A program made the position numbers and the translations under genes. Of a DNA stretch of 64,000 nucleotides, positions 24,701-37,383 are shown piece after piece. Source of the DNA: Chiloscyllium plagiosum (taxonomy: Eukaryota); NCBI RefSeq assembly GCF_004010195.1, contig NC_057743.1:23409970-23473969 (forward strand). The letters are read 5' to 3'. Under the pieces are notes generated by a model. The model had not been told where the DNA came from and made no database searches. It saw only the letters and a list, made by a program, of their open reading frames with translations. Every line of letters starts with the position of its first letter. Position 1 is the stretch's first letter.

Positions 24701-27700
24701 ACACCTAGATACTTCATCACTATCACTTACTGAAATACAAAATTTACACTGAAAAGTACAAAATATATTTAAATCTACCAGTGGTGGCAATTTTTTGCAA
24801 TATTTTATGAACAATAGCCAGAAAAAGGATGTAACTAGTTCTCAATCAATCCAAAATTTAATTCATGTGTCACAATGATGGCATTTACTTCAAACCGTGA
24901 ACAGCATCATTACAAATTCCCACAGCAATATCACCCCACAACATCATTTCAATCAGAAACAATTTCCCACAGTTCTCTCCCTAAATGACAGATTTAAATC
25001 TGATAAACAAAGGCCACATAACCGATTCAGAAAAGTATTCCCTCACTCCCTAGCCCATATACTGCTAGAAAACACAAGGTGATTTCACTAGATAACAAAG
25101 TTTCATGGTTTTCTGTCTGGTATTCCAGTTTAATGTCAGTTAGATGACAAATGACAGCTTTGTTGCAGGTTGTCTAATATCCAGTGTTTAATGCAATTTC
25201 ACATTCTTTTAGCAAATAAATTAATGCACTGCCATTTATTTTTTTTTAAAAAAAGAACAAAAGGGATCTGTTTGTAGTTGCAGTCTCACCCGATGCCGAT
25301 GGCCACATCACCTTCTAATCCTTAAGCCTACAGGTGTCAACAGCCACACAAGATCATGATGACACAGGATAAGAACCATTTCATGGCATGATTTCGATAT
25401 CCTGTTTAATTGACAAAGAGAAAACTGTAACCAACATACTTGAAAACTTGTCAAACTTTCAGACTGCAAAAAGCAATTCACCCAAGCTAGAATCCAACAG
25501 GAAAACAGATCAAAAAGCCAAGTGAACACAAAAATACTGACTGTGGCCCTCGGTAAACATGATCAAGGTAGCAATAGAGCAGGACAGTAACAAAGAATAG
25601 CATTATTAAAGGCAGCAATAATGGATGTACTCAGAGCAGTAACATTCAATGGTATGAACCATAGGACAGTGACAATGGAATAATTGGGATAATAATAGCG
25701 AACAGAACTAAGGACAGTTGCGAAGTACAGCAAGAATATTCAGGGCCATTTTAATGCAAAGAGATAATAACCTGGGGGCTAAATGTTAGGTCTTAATAAT
25801 CAGGAGTAACATGGATATTAATAAACAGGGAATGAAAATTAAAAGGTACTAACAGTTCCCAATCCAGTTTGATATTTATTTGACACAGACTATCCCATAA
25901 CCTGGGTTTGTTTAACCACACTGATCTCAAGCCCATGCATGCTGCTTTGTAAACAGCCCAAGAGAGCACCACAGGCAAAGTGAATGAGAAACTATTCATC
26001 TGATTCTTCCCAAGATGGGGACATGCTTCATTTGCTTTTGACTGTAACCTGAACAGCAGACCAAGTGCTGCAGGGTGGTTGAGGGCACTCACTGGGATTG
26101 GACAATTTCAAACTAAGCAGCACATAATGTGGGCAGAATGAAGATTCTGCATCATGTCAGATAGTTCAATAAAATCCTTACACACTACAGTGGGAGACAA
26201 TAAAAGTGGAAAACAGCAGCCCTTATGTAAATTAATCCCAAAGCTGGTTTGATGGTTTGTTTGTTTTTATCTGTTCTCCAGCTGCTACTAAATAAAAGGG
26301 TTTTGTTTAAACTAGTCTGAAGTGAGAGTAAGTATGTCTATGTCACAGAACTCAGGATCTCCTTGAAATAACAGTCACTAGCACAATAATACTTTCTATG
26401 TACTTGCCGGTACAGAAACTACTTGTTTGCTCTTGAGCCAAAACATTGCCTTTTATTCCATGATCCACCGAGAGGCGAAAGAACAGCAGTAGATTATAAA
26501 AGTCTCATAGGCAAAGTATAGCTCCAGTGACACCCGAGAACATAGCAACTTCAGAGCATGGTTTATTGTATATTAATAGAGTGATTGGGAATATTATAGT
26601 CACCAGCCTGGTCCTTTGCAAACTTCATGCCCCAAGTCAGGTCACTTATAAACTCTGAAATAATGAATACAACCCTCAGAGCATTCACACACAAGCACAG
26701 TTTACAAATAAATCAATAAAAACTCACATATAAACCGACAGGAGGTAAAATCACTCACCTCTACCCAAGAGTTCTCAGCAAACTCTGACCAAAGGGAATA
26801 CTAAGGAACAGTGAGTCTGTGATGTGGGTGAATCTGTTGTTGAGGGGAGGGTTTGGTGCTGTTGGAGGAGTGTGGTTTCATACCATGTCATGAACATCTG
26901 CTGTATCAAATAAGTGCCCATTGATTTTTTTTGCTGATTAACACCAGACTAATGAATCAAGAGAGATAGTAGAGGAAGCTGGCTATTCAACTGTGGAGAC
27001 ACCCTATTAAGACCCGTAATCTGTTTCATCCTGTTGTTTATAGGCACTAACAATCATGCATAGTGATTCCAGGCGCTGGAAACTGAATGTTGGTGCCTGC
27101 TGGGCTGGATGTCTTGAAAGTTCACTTGATAAACTCACTGACATCCAGTCCTTTCTGCTCAGTCCAATCATTGTCCTATTTCACAGTACAGTTTCTTTTT
27201 CAGTAAAAGGTCAAAGTGAAATGTTTTGGGTTTCCTGGTGTACGAAAGACAAACTCATTAAGGTTCACTCTCTCTGTAACAGTCACAACCAAAATTTGTG
27301 GACTCAAATAGCTCTGTTTGAACATGGTTGCTGGCAGGGTCCATCACATTCCCACCCACTCCAAAACTCTGCATACTCACATTAGAAAGAATGAACCAGA
27401 ACATGTCTCAGGGATTGTGTTGACACTGATTAACCACAGGTTTACTTTCCAATTTTATATTAAAATTTATACTTGCCGTCTCTGCGTTCTGTATAGATTT
27501 CACACTGGTTCAGGAAATCACTTCAGAGACTGGAATTGTTCTGAATTTAGAGGAGGCTTGGTGAAATTTGACTGAGTCTTAACTAAGCTGTAAAGCAGGA
27601 CCCTGTCAGATTGGACTGAAGCAAAAGACAGTCAGGCACCAATTCATGCTGCATATGCTCAGATTCCATTCTGCAGTCAATACCCACTCATGCTCCCACT

Positions 27701-28249
27701 GTTCACCTTCAGAGCCACTAAAAGTAACCGGTGTCACAAAACAGTTGTTCAATTTGGACATTGCTTCAAATCAGTCCGAAATTATTTATCTCATTTGATC
27801 TGCCCTTACATCAAATCTCCCAAAACATAATGCTGAGAGAGCAGGAAGGATCCCCTTCACCTGCACTCTGTGCGGATACCACACTTAAAACAACAAGCTC
27901 TGATAAAGCTACTTTATCAAGTATTTTGCGTTGATAATTTTTCAGTGGGTATAATTGAGCCAGGCACGCGGGCACACACACAAATACAAGCTTTGATTCT
28001 GCTCAACCCAAAATTTGTAGTGCAAACTAAAAAATTGATTTATGTCAGGAAGCATATTGTTCCAAGTTTGAATCAGGGTCCTTGTGCTGGCAACAAAGAT
28101 TAAAAGGTCTCACCAGAAAGAAAAACAAATCTCCTTTAGCACCACAGACCCACAGGCATTCCCATCTCAGAGAAAGATTGTAAGAGTCGGAATGTAGCAT
28201 GGCTCCCAACTAGCAAGCAGAGATGGGGAGTCCCACTGAAGATTTATAC

Positions 28250-29103
28250 CTTACTCCTGAATATGGGCTTGGCGCCTGGGCCGCAGTATTCGTTGTAGAT
28301 GAGTTTGAAGAGGAAGAGGTGGAACAAGGTGATGAGTGATGCCACACTGAACCAGAAGAGGAAGGGGAGACCTGGGTACTGTTCAGCCATGTGATCCTCA
28401 TGAGCAAGGATTGCCTTCAGGTGGAGTGTGTGTCTCAGTGCCTGCAGGTGGGTCAGGTCAGTCGAGATGTAGAGCAAGGGAGTGATGGGACGTGTTACCA
28501 TGACAGGAAATATATGATCTTTATTCTCCGAAGTCAGTTCCACTGGATCATTCATGCAGCCTGCTTCACAGCCGTACAGTTTGACTGGTTTGTCCTGAGG
28601 TTTGACAGAGACATGAAGAAAAGGTTTGTTCTCCCCATCCAATAACACTGCTAGGTTGATAAGGTCCTTGTTGTAATGAATCCCTCGCAGCAGGTAGCTG
28701 TTGTGCAGGACAGAGGGATCAGCCTGGAACTGCAGGTGGTTTTCTGTAAACTGTAGGCCCCCAAAGCTCATGACCATCCCTTGAAGCATGCCATGTGAGC
28801 CAGCTGCCAATAAGCTTCTGCAGCCTCGTTTCTGCAGTGTGAGTCTCCACAGGTTAGTGAGCTGCAGCAAGCGAACTACATTAGAAATCTCCTCGGGCCA
28901 CAGGTTCTCTGCATGCATTGTGGCATGGCCACTGAAACAATGATCTGCATAATTCAGGTTGGCCTCTAGTTTCTCCCGTTCTTCAGCCCCACTCCGCAGA
29001 TCCAGGAGAGGAGCTGCTGACATGGAAAGAACATAGAAGAGGGTTCTGTTCACAGTCACACTGGAAGGGGTGTGCAAATCAGTGATCTTCTTCATTTCCA
29101 CAC
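28250..29103 (-). CDS. KIAA2013: KIAA2013 (DUF2152) coding exon 2
   Basis: ORF 28244-29143 encodes GVEMKKITDLHTPS...NYADHCFSGHATMHAENLWP...GLPFLFWFSVASLITLFHLFLFKLIYNEYCGPGAKPIFRSK, recognisable KIAA2013 with a C-terminal TM. Acceptor ttccag at 29104, phase compatible with the upstream exon. Ends at AAG|gtataa, or reads through to a stop at 28244. Confidence 0.93.
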
Positions 29104-30099
29104 CTGGAACAGAAAAAGGCAGATCATTGTGAACACTTAGCAAGATTCACTCTCATCCCCTCAGCCTCAGGGCACACCGATATCCACAGAAGAATCTAGT
29201 TCCTCTAGTCAGCATGGCCCAGACCAAGGTGTGAAGGGGGTTTAGTGAGAAAAGGTGAGGAAGGTAAGACTAAGGTGATTGCAACGAATACAGTAGGAGT
29301 GGATGGATGGATGGATGGATGAGGGAATTAAGAGTGAGAGATGAGCAGGATGAGAGGGAGGCATGGTGAGAGGAATGTAACAGTGCAGATATAGCCACAA
29401 TCATGGTTTCAACCACTACATGGCATCAGGCAGCTTTTACATCAGTTCCTGTCCCACCACCCCTCCCTGCCACCCACAAGGTGTTAAATCTATGCAAAGA
29501 TGTCACAATGACACTGAAATGCACAGACAGTGGGATTATCATACACTCTGAATAATAGCTGAGAACTTGCATCAATGCAGACTAAGAAGTGAATCTCCAA
29601 GACCTCTTGGAATATGAATGCACTAAAGTGGTACTAACTCACTTAGGAAAGACTAATTTTCCCAACAAATGACAATGGGTCAAAGAGGTCAAATAACTTG
29701 AAACCAACAAAAGCACCTCAGAGAGCCGCAGGCTGTAGGTGATGTAGAACTGGTCTTACTGGTTCTGGGGGAAAGAGAGTAACTCATATTTCCGGAGTAT
29801 CAGAAGCAAACTCACTGACCAGCACCAAGGCTCTGCACCAACCATGCCAAAGGCTGACTTGATTGTTTTCAGCCCAAGCTTCATGTGTTGACTCACTATT
29901 AAATGTCACTGTTTCTCCCTGCTTTGGTAAAAAGCTGATCACACCATTAGGAGCTTGGCTGTTTGGATCGGTGTCAATAGTTCATTCCAATTTGTTTCTG
30001 AAGGATGTATACAACGCTGTCTCGAACGCAGAAACAGTGAACTTGTGGGCAGGAGTAGGCTATTTCAATTTGCTTCAACATTCAAATCAAATCAAATTG

Positions 30100-31373
30100 C
30101 TTCCAGTTCCTCGGGCTAGTGAGGCCAGAAACAGGGAGTGAATGGACTTGAACGTGTGGCTGGGGAACTGGTGCAGGAAGCAAGGATTTAAATTCTTGGA
30201 TCACTGGGGTATGTTTTATGGTAAGCATAAATTCTACAAGAGAGACAATTTGTACCTTAATAGGTTAGGGACCAGCATTCTGGCAGGCAGGTTTGCTACT
30301 GCAACTCAGCTACGTTTAAACTAAGTAGCAGGGGGGAGGGGACAAACTGGATGTTTAAGAAGGAAATTGAAGGGAAAGTTAGAACAAGGGAAGTCAAGAA
30401 AGACAACTGTATCAATGAGGCAGAAAACTCAGAAAGGGATCATGCTGTAAGGTTGAGTGAAATAGGAGTTGATGGGAAGGGTGAGGGCAGTAACAAATTA
30501 AAAATACTATACATGAATGCACAAAGCATTAGAAATAAGATGGATGAGCTTGAGCCTCTTTTGGAAATTGGCAGATATGATATTGTGGGGATAAGTGAGA
30601 CATGGCTTCAAGTGGACAGGGCCTGGGAAATGAATATTCAAGGCTACACATGCTATCGTAAGGACAGACTGACGGGCAGAGGGGATGGGGTGGACTTGTT
30701 GGTAAGGGATGATATTCAGTCCCTTGCGCGGGGGGACCTAGAATCAGGGGATGTAGAGTCAGTGTGGATAGAGCTGAGAAATACTAAGGGTAAAAAGACC
30801 TTCTTGGGAGTCATCTACAGGCCCCCAAACAGCAGTCTGGATGTTGGATGTAAGTTGAATCAGGAGCTGAAATTGGCTTGTCGCAAAGATGTTACTACAT
30901 TTGTTATGGGGGATTTCAACATGCAGGTAGACTGGGAGAATCAGGATGGTATTGGACCTCAAGAAAGACACTTTCTGGAATGCCTCAGAGATGAATTCTT
31001 AAAACAGCTGGTGCTGGAGCCGACCAGGGAGAAGGCAATTCTGGATCTGGTATTGTGCAACAAACCAGAATTGGTCAGGGACCTCGAAGTGAAGGAGCCA
31101 TTGGGAAGTAGTGACCATAATATAATAAGCTTCAATCTGCAATGTGAGAGGGAGAGGGTACAATCGGAAGTGACAATATTTCTGTTGAATAAAGGGAACT
31201 ATGGAGCTATGAGGGAGGAGCTGGCGAAAGTTCAATGATGCAATACCTTAGCAGGGATGACAGTGGAGGAACAATGGCAGATATTTCTGTGTATAATGCA
31301 GAAGTTGCAGGATCAGTTCATTCCAAAAAGGAAGAAAGATCCTAAGAGGAGGCATGGGTGGCCGTGGCTGACG
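30100..31373 (+). mobile_element. CR1 LINE internal fragment: ORF1 esterase C-terminus and ORF2 AP endonuclease
   Basis: 30142-30324: LNVWLGNWCRKQGFKFLDHW...YKRDNLYLN (SGNH-esterase-like ORF1). 30351-31238: YMNAQSIRNK, GISETW, YRPP, MGDFN, LDLVL, SDH (APE). Lies in the KIAA2013 intron, antisense. Confidence 0.9.
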
Positions 31374-32394
31374 AGCTCTTAACTTAACTTGTTGTTTGTC
31401 TGAGAATGTTTATGGGGCACAATGCTATATGAGAGTGGGGAACACGATGCTGCAAACACTGAAGGGTTAATAATTTATTGGTTTGATATTAAGAGCCCCT
31501 GGGGTTAAGTTCCATTATCTTGATGTGTGGCAGTGCATAATGAGACGCACAGCATAATGAAATCCAGTGCAGGCGATATTTTCAGCACTGACTTTATTAC
31601 CTGGTTTAGCTTGCATAAGATTGCATGTGGGTTTTAAAAACAAATATGTAATGATTAATGCAGAATGACGCGTTTTAATGGATGGTGATGGCAATGTCAA
31701 CAGCCCTGCCACTCCTAAAAATGATGCAAATATGAGTTAACATGAGTGATTCTGACTAAGCGAGAGCAAAACTGTCTACAGCAAGTCAGGTGTAATAAGG
31801 ATCTTGGGCTGGAAGCCAAAGCTGGAAAGGTAGATTCACTGAGGTTGAGCCCCATGGCATATCTATGGAGATGAGAGCTCTGTCAAGGTCCAGATAAGTG
31901 CCCACAAACCAGATTGTAAAGTGTATGGGGTGGTGTAAGAACGTAGTTTGGGTGTAGACAATCAAGCACGATTCTGTGGAATAGTAGAGCAAACTTGAAG
32001 GGCTGAACAGCCTCAAACGTGCTGTTGACCCTGTCCAGAATTCAAAATGAACTAGCATGAGGAATCAGGGCTAGGAATGACCAACTGGCCTCTCCTGCTC
32101 CTATTCCTGCTGTCTTACATCATGTGATCTGCTCCTAGGGATTGGTTGAAGGATTAACATTTGCCAGGGAGAACTCCTCTTTGAAATAATGGCTGCAGGA
32201 TCCTTGATGCCTACCTGAAAGGGCATCAATATAAGGTCTCATCCAAATGTCCTCCAAGATTTCCCAGTCCCCTGCTAAAAGTGTCAGCCTAGACTTTGGG
32301 GTCAAATCTCTGGAATATGATTCAAATCTTCAAAGTCAAAGGCAAGAGTGTACCCCACTGAGCCACAACCAGCAGCACAGACTGGGGATGTTTT

Positions 32395-33075
32395 CCTTAG
32401 AATGGAGGAGACTGGGGGGAGCATGAATGAGATGTATAAGATCATGAGGGGCATAGATAGGAAGCAATTTTCCCTTTTGGTGAAGGGATCATTGAGCAGG
32501 GGCTTGGACGTAAGGCAAGGGACTGAATGTTTAGAGGGGATGCGAGGAAAATCTTTATCACTCAGAAGGTGCTGGGAATCTGGAACTCACTGCCAGTAAC
32601 GGTGGTGGAGGCAGAAACAGTCATAACATTGAAGAAGTATTTAGATATGCACTCGCGATACCAAGGCAAGCAATGTAATGGGCTAACAGCTGAGAAACAG
32701 GATTGGAATAATTAGGGAGTTGTTTCTGACCAGTGCAGATTCGATGGACCAAAGGACCTTTTTCTGTGCTGTAGACCTCCAGAGGACACAGCTTAAAAAT
32801 ACGGGGTAGACCATTTAGGACAGAGATGGGGAGAAACTTCTTCACCCAGAGAGTGGTGGCTGTGTGGGATGCTCTGCCCCAGAGGGCAGTGGAGGCCCAG
32901 TCTCTGGATTCATTTAAGAAAGAGTTGGATAGAGCTCTCGAGGATTGTGGAATCAAGGGTTATGGAGATAAGGCAGGAACAGGATACTGATTAAGGATGA
33001 TCAGCCATGATCATATTGAATGGTGGTGCAGACTCGAAGGGCAGAATGGCCTACTCCTGCACCTATTGTCTATTG
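32395..33075 (+). mobile_element. Two tandem CR1 3'-end fragments
   Basis: MYKIMRG, FTQRVV..W..LP and 3'UTR tails ending cctattgtctatt. Confidence 0.7.
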
Positions 33076-34017
33076 ATTCTAGCCAGTCTGGTAGTAGTCT
33101 CAGTTCCACATTTGCATCTGAACCCCATAAGCCTCAATTCACTTGTCAATCACTAATTTATGTACATTAGCCTTAAATAGACTTAAAAGGGGGTAAAACC
33201 CAACTCCAACTTGTCTTAATCAGAACTACATGATCACTGGACCAGAAATCCAAAGACCCAAGTTAATGTTCTAGGGAGATGGGTTAAATTCTCACTATGA
33301 TACACAGTAATATTTGAATTGAATGCAATTTGGCTTTAAAAGCTAGTTTAATGGACCATTGTCAAACTTTACAAAAACTCATCAGGTTCACTGATATCCT
33401 TTAAGGAAGAAAATCTCCTTTCTTACCTGGTCTAGTCTACGTGAGGTTCCAGGCTCTCAGTAATATCGCTGACTTTTAATTGCTCTCTGAAATGCCGTGC
33501 AGAGCTAATTACTTCAATGGAACCAGTGATGGGCAACAATCACCAGCTTTGGCAACAAAACCCACATCCCTTGCAAGAATAAAACAATTTAAAAAACTGA
33601 CAGTGAGACTGATTAATTGCCAAATGAAACAAAAGCAAAATATTGCAGAAATTAAAGATGCAAAATTTTAATAAAACAAATGCTGAAAATGCTCAGCAAG
33701 TCAGCATCTGTAGAAACAAAAAAAAGTGTTAATGCTTCAGATCATCTATCTGCTGTTGGATACCTAAATAAAATATGTTTCTGCAGAAAATAAACATAAA
33801 TCAATAAGATTCCAGGAGGGGGAAGCTGAAGTGAGACACTGGTATTTCCATTCAGGTCAGTTTATGGGCTCATGGCTTTTTTCTCATGAGCATTATCCCT
33901 CTTTTCCTGGAACACAACAGCTGCTCTGAGAGAGTCTAGACAGTACATATCAATATATTATTGAACTATTACAGTGGTCACAGTGAAGATCAATCGAGAC
34001 TACACACAGTAGCTTAC

Positions 34018-34987
34018 CTGAGATTATTAAATCACCCCACATCTTTTGATGTTCACGATACAATTCTTCTGCTCCCATTCTCAGCAGCTCAGACATTTCC
34101 ACTTTTGCTGCATCTCTCAGTTTACTGAATGATTCTTCCAATTTTGTTAAGTCAACTAACTGAAGCGTATAAACCACTGACACCACATGTTCAGTGAATT
34201 CAGACTTTGCTGCTAACTGCAGCCTGTTGGCCATTTTCTCTGTGGCCACCACCACTAGAATGGTCTCCCTTTCCTCTGTCAGAACTCTTCCCGATAATAG
34301 TAGAAACTCCTGGTCATTGTGCTTCTCCACACTAGAGGAAAATTTGTTTCCAATGATGGATGGCTTGTTATTGACTTCAAAGACTGTAGCCCTATCACTG
34401 GGGTTGGAAATGTGAATCTTCTGCAGTATAAGATGGGGCCTGCTCCGATGCACAATCACATCCTCACGAAGGGTGATACACTCCCTATATTTGTGGGACA
34501 GTCCGATCTGTATACACTGGAACAATCGAACCAGTCCCTCCTGAAAGTGGATGAGTGCAGCTCTGGATACTGAACGAACACTGAGTGATTTCAAAACTAC
34601 CAATGGCACATAATCTGTCAGGTGAATGGCAGCAAGACCTGAGGCAGGAGCTGATGCTACCCAAAGCTGATTGGAAAGAGCATCCACAACTAGATGACCA
34701 TTGCCAACCACAGCTGGGCCAGATAATTGTCCTCTATTGTCTGCACCAATAACACTCATCAGGCCATTGCTGTTCTCTACAACTGCCTTCCATTGTTGGG
34801 TCTCTACCTGAAGACAATTGTCTGTCACTGTCCTAGGGTCCTCAGAGCCAGAGAACAACCTGAACCCACCTTCTGATGCCAGGTACCAGTAAAAGATCAA
34901 CAGGATACCTAGGCCTCCCAGCATTCTTCTGGCCCAGCTGCTTGAAAGCAGCATTGGTAACCCTTTCAAACGCTGCTGCAACCACAT
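34018..34987 (-). CDS. KIAA2013: KIAA2013 coding exon 1
   Basis: ORF starts MWLQQRLKGLPMLLSSSWARR (conserved KIAA2013 N-terminus), followed by a signal anchor, VVGNGH and HRSRPHL motifs. Donor G|gtaagc after 34018, phase 1. Confidence 0.93.
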
Positions 34988-35689
34988 CCTTTGGCCACTA
35001 GCACCTTCCCTTCGTCCTTTGTCTTCCAGCTTCTAATTGAAGTGTTGATTTGTCCTGCAGAGTCTCTCTGTTTCTAATAATTCCTCTTTCTATCAGGTCT
35101 CAGGAGAGGACAAGAGCACAGGAGAAAAACATATCACAAAAATCTTTGTCTTGCTATCTTAAATTTCAATTGTAAAATCTCTCCACAATATGCTGATTGT
35201 ACTACTAAGAAGGTCAACCCTACAATTTTAGCTTCAGTACGATTTTCTTATTATTATCCTCTTTTAATCCAGTTACATCAACCTAACTCTTCTCTGGACT
35301 GGTACGAGAAAACAAGCTCTCTGACAGGCACACCAAGTAATTTTGAGTCCTGGTCTATCGCTCTTTTCCCAATTCATTGCAGTCTCCCTCTCATCCCCCT
35401 TCTCCGTTTTTTTCTCTCTGTGTCCTTCCTTCCTTCCCTTACTCCCTCCTCTATCTCCAACTCAGTTCATTTCCATCTCCATTAGCATCAATGTTTCACT
35501 TTTTATCTGTTTTTCCAGCATTTCTCCCTTGATCTATTCTCGATCGTTCTCATCTCTCACTACTCTAATGTCCGAATTTTCTTCCTCGGCTCTGGTTCCC
35601 GGTGCTTGCTACGGCTTGAGTCAGAAATCCAGTCGTCTTTCAGCCAACGTCTAATCCTACTCTGATTCTCGACGCTCCTGTCACCCTCA

Positions 35690-36225
35690 CAGGACATTGC
35701 CGTCTGTCGGATTTTCTGCCATCAGTGAGATTTACCAGGAACCATCGTTATATTTCCAGTTTATTTTGCGACAGCTTGGGGGACCTGCAGCCGCAAAAAG
35801 GAAATCGGGAACGGCCGAGCGCAGAGGCCGCGCCTCATCCTCGCACAGGCCCCGCCCATCCCGGCCACGCCTCCTCATGACGCTGCAACGTGCTGACCCC
35901 GCCCCCAAACAAACACTGCCGAAGCCTGGCTCCACCCCTTCGCAACTCGACTCTCCAGGACTGGCCGCGCCCCTTCGGTGCTCCGCCCTCCACCAATGCT
36001 GACCACGCCCTTTGACGCCCAGGCCCCGCCCCCCTCGCGACCTCGCCCTCAATGCAGATCACGTCCCTCACGACTCCGCGCTCTGATCCCGCCCACATTT
36101 CAGACCACGCCCTCTCTCAGGACTCAGGTCCAAGCGAATCCACCTTCTTTGAGCCGTGCGGATTTGGCCGCGCACCTTAGTAATCCGGAACAAGGACGGC
36201 TCAGGTCTGAAAGGCGTGGATGATG
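35690..36225. promoter_or_regulatory. CpG-rich, GC-box (Sp/KLF) promoter region between head-to-head KIAA2013 and PLOD1
   Basis: High CpG density with repeated CCCCGCCC / CCACGCCC / CTCCGCCC boxes. Lies upstream of KIAA2013 (-) and ~1 kb upstream of the PLOD1 ATG (+). Candidate KIAA2013 5'UTR donor (ctg|gtaaat) near 35736. Confidence 0.65.
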
Positions 36226-37259
36226 TTGGACACAGCTGAAAATCACAAAAACCACATTGACACTGGTACTTTCGCCAGTGTTCTCCCTGAAGTTTGCTGA
36301 CTCTTGTGTAAATTTCTATACATTTCTTCTACCTACTCACTGGCCATGATCAGGAACACGAACCTAGGCTGATTCCCCACAACAATGTCTTGGTCCAAGA
36401 GAGTCAATGCTCGGGGCAGAATTCGTTGATGACTTTTAGCTAGAGTCTCACTTTGGTTAAAGAGGGCCGTATTTTGCGAATGAGGGGACGCAGTGATAAG
36501 GGGAAGGAACCTCGTTTAATTTTCCCTCCCTCTGATCAAAGTGATCAAAGGTAGTGATCTCGACCAGGTACCTCGGTTGGTATTCTTTCGTTCTCAAACC
36601 CACGTGTCTGGTGCAGTAGCCCTCAGGTTATGTACCGTTCCCCTAACCCAAGAATTACTGTGATGTGGAGGTGCCGGTGTTGGACTGGGGTGGACAAAGT
36701 TAAAAATCGCCAGGTTATAGTCCAACAGGTTTATTTGGAAGTACTAGCTTTCGGAGCGCTGCTTCCTCATCAGGTGGCTGTGGAATTACTGGCAAGTGTT
36801 GAGGGTCGGGAAGCCAGGCATCATTGGATGGTCAGAAGCAGGAATGATTTCCCCTCTCTAACCTATGTATCACTGCAGAGCAATGAGAAGCTAGCTGACA
36901 TCCTCTCTCTCTACACCAGGAATCACTGGTCAGTGATCGGGAAAAGTTGATTTAAGGATTTTTGGATAGTGATGGAGAACAGCAACAGTGATTGAGCAGA
37001 AAATTCGACCTAATTAAGTGGCTTCATTTATTGTGTGCGTTTCGTGTATGTTAAGCCTGTGCACAGTCTGTGTGTACGTGAGTCAGGGGCAGTAGTGAAA
37101 CAGCCTGGGAAGGGGGGCTGGCAGCATAGGAAGAGGGGCTGGCCTGTTTAAAGTGACGCGCTGCCCTATAGAAGGCGATGTTGTAGCCCTGGGCCCCGTT
37201 TAAGCTCTGAGAAGGAAAGTCGAGAGGAAAGGATTGAAGGACAGAATACAAAAACAAGC

Positions 37260-37383
37260 ATGGAGGCTGCTATGAATCGCGTTCGAAGAGTTTGCTTAGT
37301 GTTTCTGATCCTTCCGGTCCTGATTTTAATCTCCCAATTTCTCGTTTGTAAAAGCGAAACTCAGGAAAGTCCGGTTCCGAAAG
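37260..37383 (+). CDS. PLOD1: PLOD1 exon 1 (signal peptide)
   Basis: ATG GAG GCT...AAA G|gtatct encodes MEAAMNRVRRVCLVFLILPVLILISQFLVCKSETQESPVPK, a hydrophobic signal peptide. Phase 1 matches exon 2. The second ATG (M5) is an alternative start. Confidence 0.72.

Noticed and set aside
29915-29975. PCFGKKL... resembling the start of a natriuretic peptide ring
   Set aside because: Lacks DRI and the closing LGC. No signal peptide or processing site. Lies antisense in the KIAA2013 intron.
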